A stretch of 64,000 nt of DNA, taken from an uncultured Clostridia bacterium. GTDB lineage: Bacteria > Bacillota > Clostridia > Oscillospirales > QAKW01. Of this stretch, positions 39,529 through 48,327 are shown piece by piece. The DNA is taken from contig CALWYZ010000005.1 in assembly GCA_944385895.1 (NCBI GenBank), forward strand, positions 55,602 through 119,601, written 5' to 3'. How positions within the stretch are numbered: position 1 is the first letter of the stretch; each line of letters opens with the position of its first letter. The translations under genes were made by a program, and so were the position numbers. The notes beneath the pieces are model-generated. The model saw only the letters and a program-made list of their open reading frames with translations. It searched no databases and was not told the origin of the DNA.

Positions 39529-40038
39529 TTATTTATTAAGTCTGTAAGACACACCGGTCTGAAAAAACGCTAAAAGTCCCTGAAATAAAAACGGACGCGG
39601 GTCTTCCTTTTCCCAATACGGCGACATCAGCTTTAAAAACTCACTGAACATACTGTCTTCAAGCATGTGCAATTTATGCTTTCCCTGCTCATCAAGACTC
39701 AGTATATCAGCAGCAAGCGCGGGTATATTGCGCTGGGATGCGAGTATGGTATCCACTGCCCCTGTTTTTATCTGCGCAATATCCTTATCCCATGCGTCTG
39801 CATAAGCTATACCGCCGCAAAACGCTATACACGCCACATTATAATAAAACATCTTCGCGTCATTTTTAAATGCCTCTTTGAGTGGGACATCCTTGAGCCA
39901 GGTCATTATAAAGCGCTTACCGCGCTCTAAAAGATCGGGGATTATAACCATATCCGCCGATCTTGAATCTGATGCACCTGATATTTTATGTAATTCTATA
40001 TTACAGCTGTTAAAAAAGTCCGATTTATACTGTTCCAT
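39529..40038 (-). CDS. Hypothetical cytoplasmic protein (169 aa)
   Basis: Uninterrupted ORF 16 nt downstream of the AraC gene on the same strand; no recognisable motif. Confidence 0.55.
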   Translation of the reverse strand: MEQYKSDFFNSCNIELHKISGASDSRSADMVIIPDLLERGKRFIMTWLKDVPLKEAFKNDAKMFYYNVACIAFCGGIAYADAWDKDIAQIKTGAVDTILASQRNIPALAADILSLDEQGKHKLHMLEDSMFSEFLKLMSPYWEKEDPRPFLFQGLLAFFQTGVSYRLNK

Positions 40039-40054
40039 TTCATTTTCTCCGTAA

Positions 40055-40921
40055 TCATTCGAGATTTTTACGTACTGACAGCGAATACTCGGTCGGCGTC
40101 ATTTTTGATATCCGTCTGAACACCGTAGTAAAGTACTGAGAGGTACCAAACGCCAATATATCTGCAATTTCTGTAAAATTATAATTGCCTTCGCGTATCA
40201 TTTGTTTTGCGGCATCAATTTTTATCCGAGTAAAATATTCCATTGCTCCGCAGCCCATCTGTTCTCTGAAAAGCTTTTTGATTACCGACGCGGATAGATT
40301 GAACTGCTTCATTATATCCTCAAACCTCAGTCTGCTCTGTACGTTTCTTTCAAGATATTCGCAGATTCGGGCAAGCTGTCTGCCGTTTTCCGCTTTTTTG
40401 ACCGGTACTATATTCCTGTTGCCGCGTATAAGCAAAATCAAAAGCTGTTCTATATACATACGTATAAGCTGCTGACATCCATAAGGTCCATTCGGTGACT
40501 TTTCCATTTTGTGAGTAAATGGTATACCGAGCGGAGTTGAAAAAGCCCAAAGCGATTCTTTTATAATATTTCCTATAAGTCTGCGTTCATCATTTCCGCA
40601 GGTTATCACCATACCCGCAATCGACATAAGCTCACGGCAATCACAGTCAAATGAAATTATAACCGAATTAGCGGCATGCTCACCGTCGCACCTGATATTA
40701 TGAAATTCATTAGGTTTATGAATATACATCTGTCCGACTTCAAGCTCAATTTCTCTTGCTCCGGCTGTAATATAGAGGCTTTTTTTATCCGCATATACCA
40801 TTTCCCAAAAATCGTGTATCTCCCCGGGATAGGCAAAGTCCTTTGTATATTCAAAATAATGAACGGTATATATCCCGTCTATTTTAACACTGCTGCTGAG
40901 TATTGTTTTAAAATATTCCAT
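40055..40921 (-). CDS. AraC-family transcriptional regulator (cupin sensor plus HTH_18)
   Basis: C-terminus ...FNLSASVIKKLFREQMGCGAMEYFTRIKIDAAKQMIREGNYNFTEIADILAFGTSQYFTTVFRRISKMTPTEY. Start ATG 40921 (RBS AGGAGA). Confidence 0.88.
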   Translation of the reverse strand: MEYFKTILSSSVKIDGIYTVHYFEYTKDFAYPGEIHDFWEMVYADKKSLYITAGAREIELEVGQMYIHKPNEFHNIRCDGEHAANSVIISFDCDCRELMSIAGMVITCGNDERRLIGNIIKESLWAFSTPLGIPFTHKMEKSPNGPYGCQQLIRMYIEQLLILLIRGNRNIVPVKKAENGRQLARICEYLERNVQSRLRFEDIMKQFNLSASVIKKLFREQMGCGAMEYFTRIKIDAAKQMIREGNYNFTEIADILAFGTSQYFTTVFRRISKMTPTEYSLSVRKNLE

Positions 40922-41177
40922 AACATATTCTCCTGTGATCCGGCATTTTTCCCAAGCAAGCACACTTTAATTCTATTATAATGGGTTTGTATACAAATTG
41001 CAATATAATAGAACCAAAATTATAAAACAAGTGACTTAACTTATAAGCCAAATAATGAAAAGTATGATATAATATTACATGTGGATATTTGGTTATTGTA
41101 AGTATTGAGATGAAAGCATAAGTTTTCAATATACATTCTGAGCGATAACCGAAATTGAACAGAAAGGATGCTGGATT

Positions 41178-41891
41178 ATGTACATTTACAGAGAAGAAAA
41201 TTACGAAAAAATGAGCAGACGCGCTGCAAACATCATTTCCGCTCAGGTAATTCAAAAACCCGACTCGGTACTGGGACTTGCAACCGGCTCATCGCCGCTT
41301 GGAATATACAAGCAGCTTATTGAATGGTACAATAAGGGTGATATTGACTTCAAAGATGTAACAACCGTTAACCTTGACGAGTACTGCGGTCTTCCCGCAA
41401 CACACGATCAAAGCTACAGATATTTTATGGATACAAACTTTTTTAACCATATAAATATCGACAAATTCCATACATATGTGCCAAACGGTATGTGTGAAGA
41501 CGCGGACCGTGAATGTGCCGACTACGATAATTTAATAGTCAAACTGGGTGGCATAGATCTGCAGCTGCTCGGTATAGGCTTTAACGGTCATATAGGGTTC
41601 AATGAACCTTCAGATCATTTTGATATAAAAACCAGACGGGTAAAGCTATCTGAGTCTACTATGAAAGCAAACTCCAGATTTTTCCCTAACGGCGATATGC
41701 CCACACACGCGTTGACAATGGGTCTTAAGTCTATTCTGAGCGCTAAAAAAATTCTGCTTATTGCAGGTCCGGAAAAATATGATATTGTCAAAAAAGCTTT
41801 CACAGGACCCGTAACTCCTCAGGTGCCCGCCTCTATCTTACAGCTTCATGACAATGTCACTGTAGTATATACAGGCAGCGAGAGTTTTTAA
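41178..41891 (+). CDS. nagB: Glucosamine-6-phosphate deaminase
   Basis: 237 aa, ...VLGLATGSSPLGIYKQLIEWYNKGDIDFKDVTTVNLDEYCGL..., GIGFNGHIGFNEP. Confidence 0.92.
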   Translation: MYIYREENYEKMSRRAANIISAQVIQKPDSVLGLATGSSPLGIYKQLIEWYNKGDIDFKDVTTVNLDEYCGLPATHDQSYRYFMDTNFFNHINIDKFHTYVPNGMCEDADRECADYDNLIVKLGGIDLQLLGIGFNGHIGFNEPSDHFDIKTRRVKLSESTMKANSRFFPNGDMPTHALTMGLKSILSAKKILLIAGPEKYDIVKKAFTGPVTPQVPASILQLHDNVTVVYTGSESF

Positions 41892-41908
41892 TAAAGGGGG
41901 AAGACACT

Positions 41909-42742
41909 GTGAAATTTAAAAATGAAAACGCTTCTGTTTACTATCCCCAAGAGGAATCTTTAGCACAGGTCACAGACATGTGTATAGCTGCACATCAGGA
42001 CGATATAGAGATAATGGCATACTCACCTATCGCCGATTGCTATGACAGCGACAGCAGGTATTTTTGCGGCGTCGTTGTAACGGATGGCGCGTCCAGTCCG
42101 CGTTCAGGCGAATATGCAAATTTTACGGACGAACAAATGAAACAAGTCCGCATCGAGGAACAACAGACTGCCGCTCGGCTTGGTAAATACCGCGCTGTTA
42201 TTCAGCTTGGATATCCGTCCGCAGCCGTTAAAGACGCAAATAACTTGGACCCGGTTGACGAAATCTATCAGCTTCTTATGCAGGTACGGCCGAAATATCT
42301 CTATACACATAATATAGCCGACAAGCATGAAACGCATGTGGCAGTCGCTCTGAGGGTTATTCAAGCAGTCAAAAAAATGCCTAAAGAATGCAGACCTGAA
42401 AAATTTATTGCTCTTGAGGTTTGGCGCGGTCTTGACTGGTTGTGCGATACTGACAAGTGCTGCCTCGATACAAGCGCATATCCCAAGCTTGCAAAAGAAC
42501 TTCTTCAGGTGCACCGTTCTCAAGTCGTCGGCGGAAAACGATACGACAACGCCGCTATCGGAAGACGCTATGCAAATGCCACTTTTTTTGCATCTCACAG
42601 TACAGACAGCTGTGACAGCCTGAGCTTTGGCATGGATCTTATGCCTATGATCCAAAACGACATATCTCCTAAAGAATATATAGCACAGTTTATTAACCGT
42701 TTTGTAAATGAGGTCAACACCACTTTAGAAAGGCTGAGTTAA
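41909..42742 (+). CDS. PIG-L/LmbE-family N-acetylglucosaminyl deacetylase
   Basis: 277 aa, GTG start. CIAAHQDDIEIM (AHPDDE-like) and downstream HETH motif. Confidence 0.8.
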   Translation: MKFKNENASVYYPQEESLAQVTDMCIAAHQDDIEIMAYSPIADCYDSDSRYFCGVVVTDGASSPRSGEYANFTDEQMKQVRIEEQQTAARLGKYRAVIQLGYPSAAVKDANNLDPVDEIYQLLMQVRPKYLYTHNIADKHETHVAVALRVIQAVKKMPKECRPEKFIALEVWRGLDWLCDTDKCCLDTSAYPKLAKELLQVHRSQVVGGKRYDNAAIGRRYANATFFASHSTDSCDSLSFGMDLMPMIQNDISPKEYIAQFINRFVNEVNTTLERLS

Positions 42743-42743
42743 A

Positions 42744-44162
42744 ATGGAAAATACAATCAAATTCGGAACCGGTGGATGGAGAGCAGTTATAGGTCAGGAC
42801 TTTATATGCTCAAATATCCGAACAGTTGCTGCAGCAATTGTTGAGCTTATGAAAAAACATGGTAAAACCGATAAGCCGGTAATTATCGGATATGATCGCA
42901 GATTTTTGTCAATCGAAGCTGCAAAGTGGGTGGCTGAGGTTATGTCCTACGCGGGAATAACGGTATGGTTTATGCACAGATCTGTTCCGACTCCGCTTGT
43001 AATGCACACCGTAAAAGATAAACAGCTTCACTATGGTATAGAGATAACAGCTTCTCATAACCCTTCTGAATACAATGGTATAAAGCTTATTGTTGATGAA
43101 GGCAGAGACGCTCCACTCGAGACCACATCAGAGCTTGAAAAAATCATAGAAGGTATCAATGATGTTAAATATACAGATTTTGATACTGCTGTAAAACAAG
43201 AAAAAATCATTTTTATTTCTAACCCATTTAATAAATTTCTGGATGATATCATAGGTCTTTTGGATACTGACGCACTCAGAAAACGCGGACTGCGTGTGGT
43301 GTTTGACTCAATGCATGGATCCGGAACATATCCGCTGCTTGTTATTTTTCATACGGCACGCTGTACAATTGATACCATAAACGTAAATAAAGACGCATAT
43401 TTCGGCGGAGTGATGCCCGCTCCCAGTGAAAAAAGTTTAGGACTTTTGCGCGATACAGTAATAAAGGGCGAATACGATCTTGGTATCGCAATGGACGGTG
43501 ACGGCGACAGACTGGGTGTTATTGACCGCAACGGCAGGTATATAAACGCCAACGAGATACTTTGTATGTTATATTATTATCTTGTAAAATACAAGGGCTG
43601 GAAAGGACCTGTAGTGCGTAATCTTGCAACGACTCACATGCTTGATAAAATAGCAGAAAGCTTTGGCGAAAAATGCTATGAGGTGCCGGTTGGATTTAAA
43701 TACATATCTTCAAAAATTGATGAGGTAGATGCAGTACTGGGCGGCGAATCGTCGGGCGGTCTGACAGTACGTGGTCATATTCACGGAAAAGACTCAGTAT
43801 ACGCTGCTTCTCTTTTTGCTGAGATGATAAGCGTTGTCGGTAAATCAGCATCTGAAATTATTGATGAGCTTGAATGCAAATACGGAAAATTTGTGATGGT
43901 TGAGGATAATCTGCGCTTTGCCCCAGAATACAAAGCGGTTATCAACGATCTTGTTTTTGAACAGAAAAAGCTGCCTGAGTTTTCAGTAGCCATAGACCAT
44001 GTCAACTACGAGGACGGATGCAAAGTATATTTTGTAGACGGAAGCTTTGTAATATGCCGCTTTTCAGGTACTGAGCCACTCCTCAGAATTTTTGCTGAAA
44101 GCAACAGCAGGTCCGCAGCGTCAGAATATATAGCATATTTTAAAGAATTCCTTAAAATATGA
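42744..44162 (+). CDS. alpha-D-phosphohexomutase family enzyme (PGM/PMM/GlcNAc-P mutase-like)
   Basis: 472 aa with catalytic loop TASHNPSEYNGIK, Mg loop DGDGDR, sugar loop GGESSGG; 1-nt gap after the PIG-L gene. Confidence 0.88.
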   Translation: MENTIKFGTGGWRAVIGQDFICSNIRTVAAAIVELMKKHGKTDKPVIIGYDRRFLSIEAAKWVAEVMSYAGITVWFMHRSVPTPLVMHTVKDKQLHYGIEITASHNPSEYNGIKLIVDEGRDAPLETTSELEKIIEGINDVKYTDFDTAVKQEKIIFISNPFNKFLDDIIGLLDTDALRKRGLRVVFDSMHGSGTYPLLVIFHTARCTIDTINVNKDAYFGGVMPAPSEKSLGLLRDTVIKGEYDLGIAMDGDGDRLGVIDRNGRYINANEILCMLYYYLVKYKGWKGPVVRNLATTHMLDKIAESFGEKCYEVPVGFKYISSKIDEVDAVLGGESSGGLTVRGHIHGKDSVYAASLFAEMISVVGKSASEIIDELECKYGKFVMVEDNLRFAPEYKAVINDLVFEQKKLPEFSVAIDHVNYEDGCKVYFVDGSFVICRFSGTEPLLRIFAESNSRSAASEYIAYFKEFLKI

Positions 44163-44200
44163 ACATTTTATAAAAATGTGACAGTAAAATCTAAATATTT

Positions 44201-44235
44201 AAAAAGCATGACAGTAAAATCTGTCATGCTTTTTA
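44201..44235 (+). terminator. Intrinsic terminator after the mutase gene
   Basis: aaaaagcatgacag / ctgtcatgcttttt, 14-bp stem, 6-nt loop. Confidence 0.85.
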
Positions 44236-44296
44236 TTGTCATAAGACATATCGGGCTGAAATATAATTAATAACAAACATAAAGGTGGTATATTTA

Positions 44297-44896
44297 ATGG
44301 CAGACGTATATTTATCCCCATCTCCTGCACATTTCAATATCGGCTACGGAAACTACGGCACTGAGGAACGTCGAATGAATATGATAGCAGATGTGGTGGA
44401 ATATGAACTGACAAGACACGGTGTTTCGACCGCAAGAAATGACCCGGATATGTCACTTACAGAAGTTGTTGCAGACGCAAATGCAAAAAATCCTAAGATC
44501 TATGTTGCCATTCAGTCCCAGGCCGCAAACACTCTGACCCGCGGCGCACAGGTATACTATTACAAGCCGGGCGGAAACGGAGAGCGTCTTGCGTCGGACA
44601 TATTTGATTATCTTAGCATGATCACACCGACAGAGGATATCGGTCTGTCCGAGGGTGCGGCAGTTTACGGCGGTCTTGGCTTTTACGAATTGCGCAAGAC
44701 AAGAATGCCGGCTGTAATCGTAATACCCGGATTTCACGATAATCCGCTTGACGCAGATTTTATTATAGATAACACCTATGAAATCGGTGTGGCAATTGCA
44801 AAAGGTATACTAGATTATTTAGGCATACCGTATAATCAGGATACGCAAGAAAATATTCAAAGACTGAAAGCCGAATATAACGGCGTTATTTTTTAA
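44297..44896 (+). CDS. Amidase_3-like (N-acetylmuramoyl-L-alanine amidase fold) protein, probably non-catalytic
   Basis: 199 aa from ATG 44297 (RBS AAAGGTGG). Family-like blocks ...VYLSPSPAHFN..., ...TEERRMNMIA..., ...IYVAIQSQAAN..., ...ELRKTRMPAVIVIPGFHDNPLDADFI. Confidence 0.6.
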   Translation: MADVYLSPSPAHFNIGYGNYGTEERRMNMIADVVEYELTRHGVSTARNDPDMSLTEVVADANAKNPKIYVAIQSQAANTLTRGAQVYYYKPGGNGERLASDIFDYLSMITPTEDIGLSEGAAVYGGLGFYELRKTRMPAVIVIPGFHDNPLDADFIIDNTYEIGVAIAKGILDYLGIPYNQDTQENIQRLKAEYNGVIF

Positions 44897-45665
44897 AATT
44901 GTCAAGACTTTCAAAAGTATAACCCTTATTGCGCAAATCATCTATTACCTGTGGCAAAATTTCACAGTTAGTCTCTGAAGTCGAATGTAAAAGCATTACC
45001 GCTCCGTTATGAACACGCGAATAGATTTTCTCCATGGCAGCCTGACATGACGGCTGATTATCCTGTTCCCAGTCAAAATAAGCAAAAGACCAAAAAACAG
45101 TAGTAAGTCCCAGCTGCTGATTATACTCAAGAGCCTGCTTTGAAAATCTGCCGCTGGGGAATCGAAAGTATTTTTGCGGAGCAAGTCCTAAATCAGTTAT
45201 AAGTTCTTCCCATCCGGTTATTTGTTTTTTATAATCTTCAAAGCTATTATATTTTGTCATATCAGGATGCTTGAGCGAATGGTTGCATACAAGATGACCC
45301 TCTGCATCCATCCGTTTTATTATTTCGGGATTTGATTTTACAAAGTTTCCGTCAACAAAAAAAGCGGCTTTAACATCTTTTTCCTTCAGTGTATCAAGTA
45401 TTTTTTCATGATATCCATTATCAAACCCCGCATCAAACGTCAAATACAACACAGGCTGATCTGCCGAGCCCATATATATAGTATCGAAGCTGTCTATAAA
45501 ATCTGCCTCAGGTATCACCTGCGGCTGACTGTTATCATCTGTCGGTTTGAAATACCAGTCATAAGGCGCCGCAGCGCCGGTATTTGCAAAAACAAGAAAC
45601 GGGAACGCAGCTATCACCACCGGCATTATTATGAACGCCAAAAATCTTTTATACAGTTTTTCCAT
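44886..45665 (-). CDS. Polysaccharide deacetylase, PdaA-like (delta-lactam-type de-N-acetylase)
   Basis: ...LYLTFDAGFDNGYHEKILDTLKEKDVKAAFFVDGNF...GHLVCNHSLKHPDM...; signal/TM N-terminus; start ATG 45665 (RBS GGAGG). Confidence 0.8.
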   Translation of the reverse strand: MEKLYKRFLAFIIMPVVIAAFPFLVFANTGAAAPYDWYFKPTDDNSQPQVIPEADFIDSFDTIYMGSADQPVLYLTFDAGFDNGYHEKILDTLKEKDVKAAFFVDGNFVKSNPEIIKRMDAEGHLVCNHSLKHPDMTKYNSFEDYKKQITGWEELITDLGLAPQKYFRFPSGRFSKQALEYNQQLGLTTVFWSFAYFDWEQDNQPSCQAAMEKIYSRVHNGAVMLLHSTSETNCEILPQVIDDLRNKGYTFESLDNFKK

Positions 45666-45748
45666 AATCGTACCTCCATTTTTCACGATTAGTTTACTGT
45701 ATTTCGGAAGATTTTAAACATGGCAAATCGGGTAAAACAAGTAAATTT

Positions 45749-46747
45749 ATGAATTTTTCTTTTTTTGATTTTTTTAAAAGCACCATAGATTCGCCTGCGC
45801 TTATGATATCTGTACTTCTGACGCTCGGCGTTATTTTCGTAAACGGATGGACAGATGCGCCCAATGCCATCACAAGCTGTGTTTGCAGCGGTACGCTATC
45901 AATGAAAAAAGCCGTCTGCTTGGCGGCTGTATGCAATTTTCTAGGCACAGTTTTAATGACATACATAAACAGCTCAGTGGCGCATAACATATTCTCATGT
46001 GCTGATTTTTCAAATTCAGATAACGGCCATGCAGCTCTATGCTCCGCTCTTCTTTCGGTAATTATATTAGCGACGGGCGCCTGGCTTCTGGGCATACCGA
46101 CAAGCGAGTCTCACGCCATAATTTCTGCACTTGTGGGCGCGGCGTTGGCTTGCGGCGCAAAAATTCATATAAAAGTAATAATTTATACTTTTATCGGGCT
46201 TATACTGTCTGTTATAGGCGGTTTTATTGCCGGATACTTTATTTACAGCGGCATGCGTTTTAAAAATTACAGTCAAAAGCGACTCAGGCAGCTACAGATA
46301 TTAGGCGCAGTGCTAATGTCGTTCATGCACGGCGCACAGGACGGGCAAAAATTTATAAGCATATTCCTTGTAGCTATAAGCCTAAGCAGCAAAAGCTCAA
46401 GCTTTGAAATACCTGTCTGGGTGGCTTTACTGTGTTCATCTACAATGGCTCTGGGCACGGCAATGGGCGGAGGAAGAATAATTTACAATATCGGCAAGAA
46501 AATGACAAATTTGGATTTAAAGCAGGGTGTTTCGGCAGATGCTGCCGGCAGCATAAGCCTTTTTCTGTCTACATGTCTGGGGCTGCCGGTCAGCACCACT
46601 CATGCAAAGACCTCGGCAATCATGGGCTGTGGTTACGTCAAATCATCGCTTGACTTCAAAACTGCACGCAAGCTTCTTACTGCCTGGCTCATAACTTTTC
46701 CGGCTTGCTTTATCATGGGATATATCTTTACCAAAATAACAATTTAA
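45749..46747 (+). CDS. PiT-family inorganic phosphate transporter
   Basis: 332 aa, FVNGWTDAPNAI... and ...GLPVSTTHAKTSAIMG...; multi-TM. Confidence 0.85.
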   Translation: MNFSFFDFFKSTIDSPALMISVLLTLGVIFVNGWTDAPNAITSCVCSGTLSMKKAVCLAAVCNFLGTVLMTYINSSVAHNIFSCADFSNSDNGHAALCSALLSVIILATGAWLLGIPTSESHAIISALVGAALACGAKIHIKVIIYTFIGLILSVIGGFIAGYFIYSGMRFKNYSQKRLRQLQILGAVLMSFMHGAQDGQKFISIFLVAISLSSKSSSFEIPVWVALLCSSTMALGTAMGGGRIIYNIGKKMTNLDLKQGVSADAAGSISLFLSTCLGLPVSTTHAKTSAIMGCGYVKSSLDFKTARKLLTAWLITFPACFIMGYIFTKITI

Positions 46748-46752
46748 ATCAT

Positions 46753-46784
46753 AACAGGCGCTGCTTTTTGCGGCGCCTGTTTTA
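46753..46784. terminator. Shared hairpin between convergent PiT and lipoprotein genes
   Basis: aacaggcgc / gcgcctgtt stem followed by TTTATT. Confidence 0.7.
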
Positions 46785-47546
46785 TTAAAACATCTGATTC
46801 ATTGCAGAGCGACGATCCCCCGGCTGCATACCTGGATCACGGTTTGACGGCATATCTCCTTTGCCGCCGGCATCTATTTTGATATTTCCGCCGGATATTT
46901 TTATATATATATCATCATCTGATGAGATTTCATGTCCGGGACCACCTCCGAATCCGCTCTGATCATTCCCGCCGGCTGCATTCATGCCGTCATCAGACGA
47001 GGTTATGTCAATATTTTCGCCCTGAACATCTATTGCAAGACCCTCTATCCCCTCATAGCTTTCATGGACCAGTATATCTGCGGATGTTATCAAGACACTC
47101 ATATCGGCATGTATCCCGTCATCGCCGGTACTCAAATCCAATTGCCCCGCAGATATCTTAATATCTCCATTTGAATGTGCACTGTCATCTGCCGAATCTA
47201 TGCTGATTACACCGCCGTTTATTATTACATTTCCTGAGCCTTTAATGCCCTTACCCTCATCTTTGACCGTAACGGTACTGTCGGAAATAAGAAGCGTATC
47301 ACATGTACTTTCAATATTATTATCGGAAAGCATAATTTCATAACCGCCATCGTATTCAGAATTAACATCGCTGTCAGAAAACATTGATGCCGTATCAAGA
47401 CTTGATGTATTCACTGCGGTGACTTTATCAGACGTGTCTCTCAAAACACCAGCGTCCGTATTTTTATAAGTCGTACAGCCTGTAAGCATCAATGCAATAA
47501 TAGCTGAACAACAAATGAAAATAATACAGATTTTTCTGCCGTTCAT
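46785..47546 (-). CDS. Lipoprotein with beta-helix-type repeats (DUF4353 / carbohydrate-binding-like)
   Basis: Lipobox LMLTGC. Repeats ...GNVIINGGVISIDSADDSAHSNGDIKISAGQLDLSTGDDGIHAD... Family name from recollection. Confidence 0.55.
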   Translation of the reverse strand: MNGRKICIIFICCSAIIALMLTGCTTYKNTDAGVLRDTSDKVTAVNTSSLDTASMFSDSDVNSEYDGGYEIMLSDNNIESTCDTLLISDSTVTVKDEGKGIKGSGNVIINGGVISIDSADDSAHSNGDIKISAGQLDLSTGDDGIHADMSVLITSADILVHESYEGIEGLAIDVQGENIDITSSDDGMNAAGGNDQSGFGGGPGHEISSDDDIYIKISGGNIKIDAGGKGDMPSNRDPGMQPGDRRSAMNQMF

Positions 47547-47637
47547 ACAAGCACCTTCATTTAAAGATTATAGTTTTATTATAACCGGCATAAATGAATA
47601 ATTATTTAACCTGAAATAAACATTTATTTTAAAAAAT

Positions 47638-47667
47638 AAAACAGCGCCTGTATCGGCGCTGTTTTTT
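47638..47667 (-). terminator. Intrinsic terminator after the cytidylate-kinase-like gene
   Basis: aaaacagcgcc / ggcgctgtttt stem with T-runs on both strands. Confidence 0.8.
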
Positions 47668-47669
47668 AC

Positions 47670-48287
47670 CTATGTTCTGTTTAAAAAATCAACTATTATG
47701 TCTAATGCATCATTTTCCGAAATCTTGGACAGATTAAGCATTATATCATAATTGCTTATATCGCCCCATTCACGATTAGTATAATAATTATAGTAGCTGC
47801 GACGTTTTTTATCAGCTCTGGATACTATTTTTTTAGCCTCCGCTTCTGTAACATTCTGCTCACTTATGACACGTTTAACTCTGTCTTCAATGTCTCCGCG
47901 CAGGAATATGCTATAGCAGTTTTTATTATTGCGAAGGATATAATCAGAACAGCGGCCTACAAAAACACAGTTTCCCTGTGCCGCCATATCACGAATAATA
48001 TCAGCCTGAATTTTATAAATTTTATCATCAGTCAGAACATCGTCAAGTTTAACGTACGCACCACGTGAAGAATACATTCCCATTACAACAGAGTACAAAA
48101 TACTGTTAGTAGGCTTTTTTTCCACATCTTCAAAATGTTCTTCATGTATACCGCTTTTTTGCGATGCCAAAGATATTATTTCCCTGTCATAGAACTTATA
48201 CCCGATTTTATCAGCAAGGTCTTTTGCAAGTTTGTCAGCGCCGCAATAAGACTCACGGCTTATGGTAATAATGACTCCGTCTTTCAT
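47670..48287 (-). CDS. Cytidylate kinase-like family protein
   Basis: 205 aa, ...VIITISRESYCGADKLAKDLADKIGYKFYDREII...; family recognised by overall pattern only. Confidence 0.6.
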   Translation of the reverse strand: MKDGVIITISRESYCGADKLAKDLADKIGYKFYDREIISLASQKSGIHEEHFEDVEKKPTNSILYSVVMGMYSSRGAYVKLDDVLTDDKIYKIQADIIRDMAAQGNCVFVGRCSDYILRNNKNCYSIFLRGDIEDRVKRVISEQNVTEAEAKKIVSRADKKRRSYYNYYTNREWGDISNYDIMLNLSKISENDALDIIVDFLNRT

Positions 48288-48327
48288 GAAAATACTCCTT
48301 TCTTGTATGTGGGAAAACGACTTTTAG

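Noticed and set aside
42104-42655. 183-aa ORF antisense to the PIG-L gene. Similar long antisense ORFs: 50516..51037, 52405..52890, 52782..53207, 38118..38597, 19445..19948, 12707..13171, 13030..13452, 45694..46095, 54433..54837
   Set aside because: Each lies entirely inside a well-supported conserved gene on the other strand and has no RBS or motif. These are typical shadow ORFs.
44176-44223. Direct repeat tgacagtaaaatct (44179-44192 and 44210-44223)
   Set aside because: The second copy is the left arm and loop of the mutase-gene terminator, so the first is probably a local duplication. There are only two short copies and no further structure.
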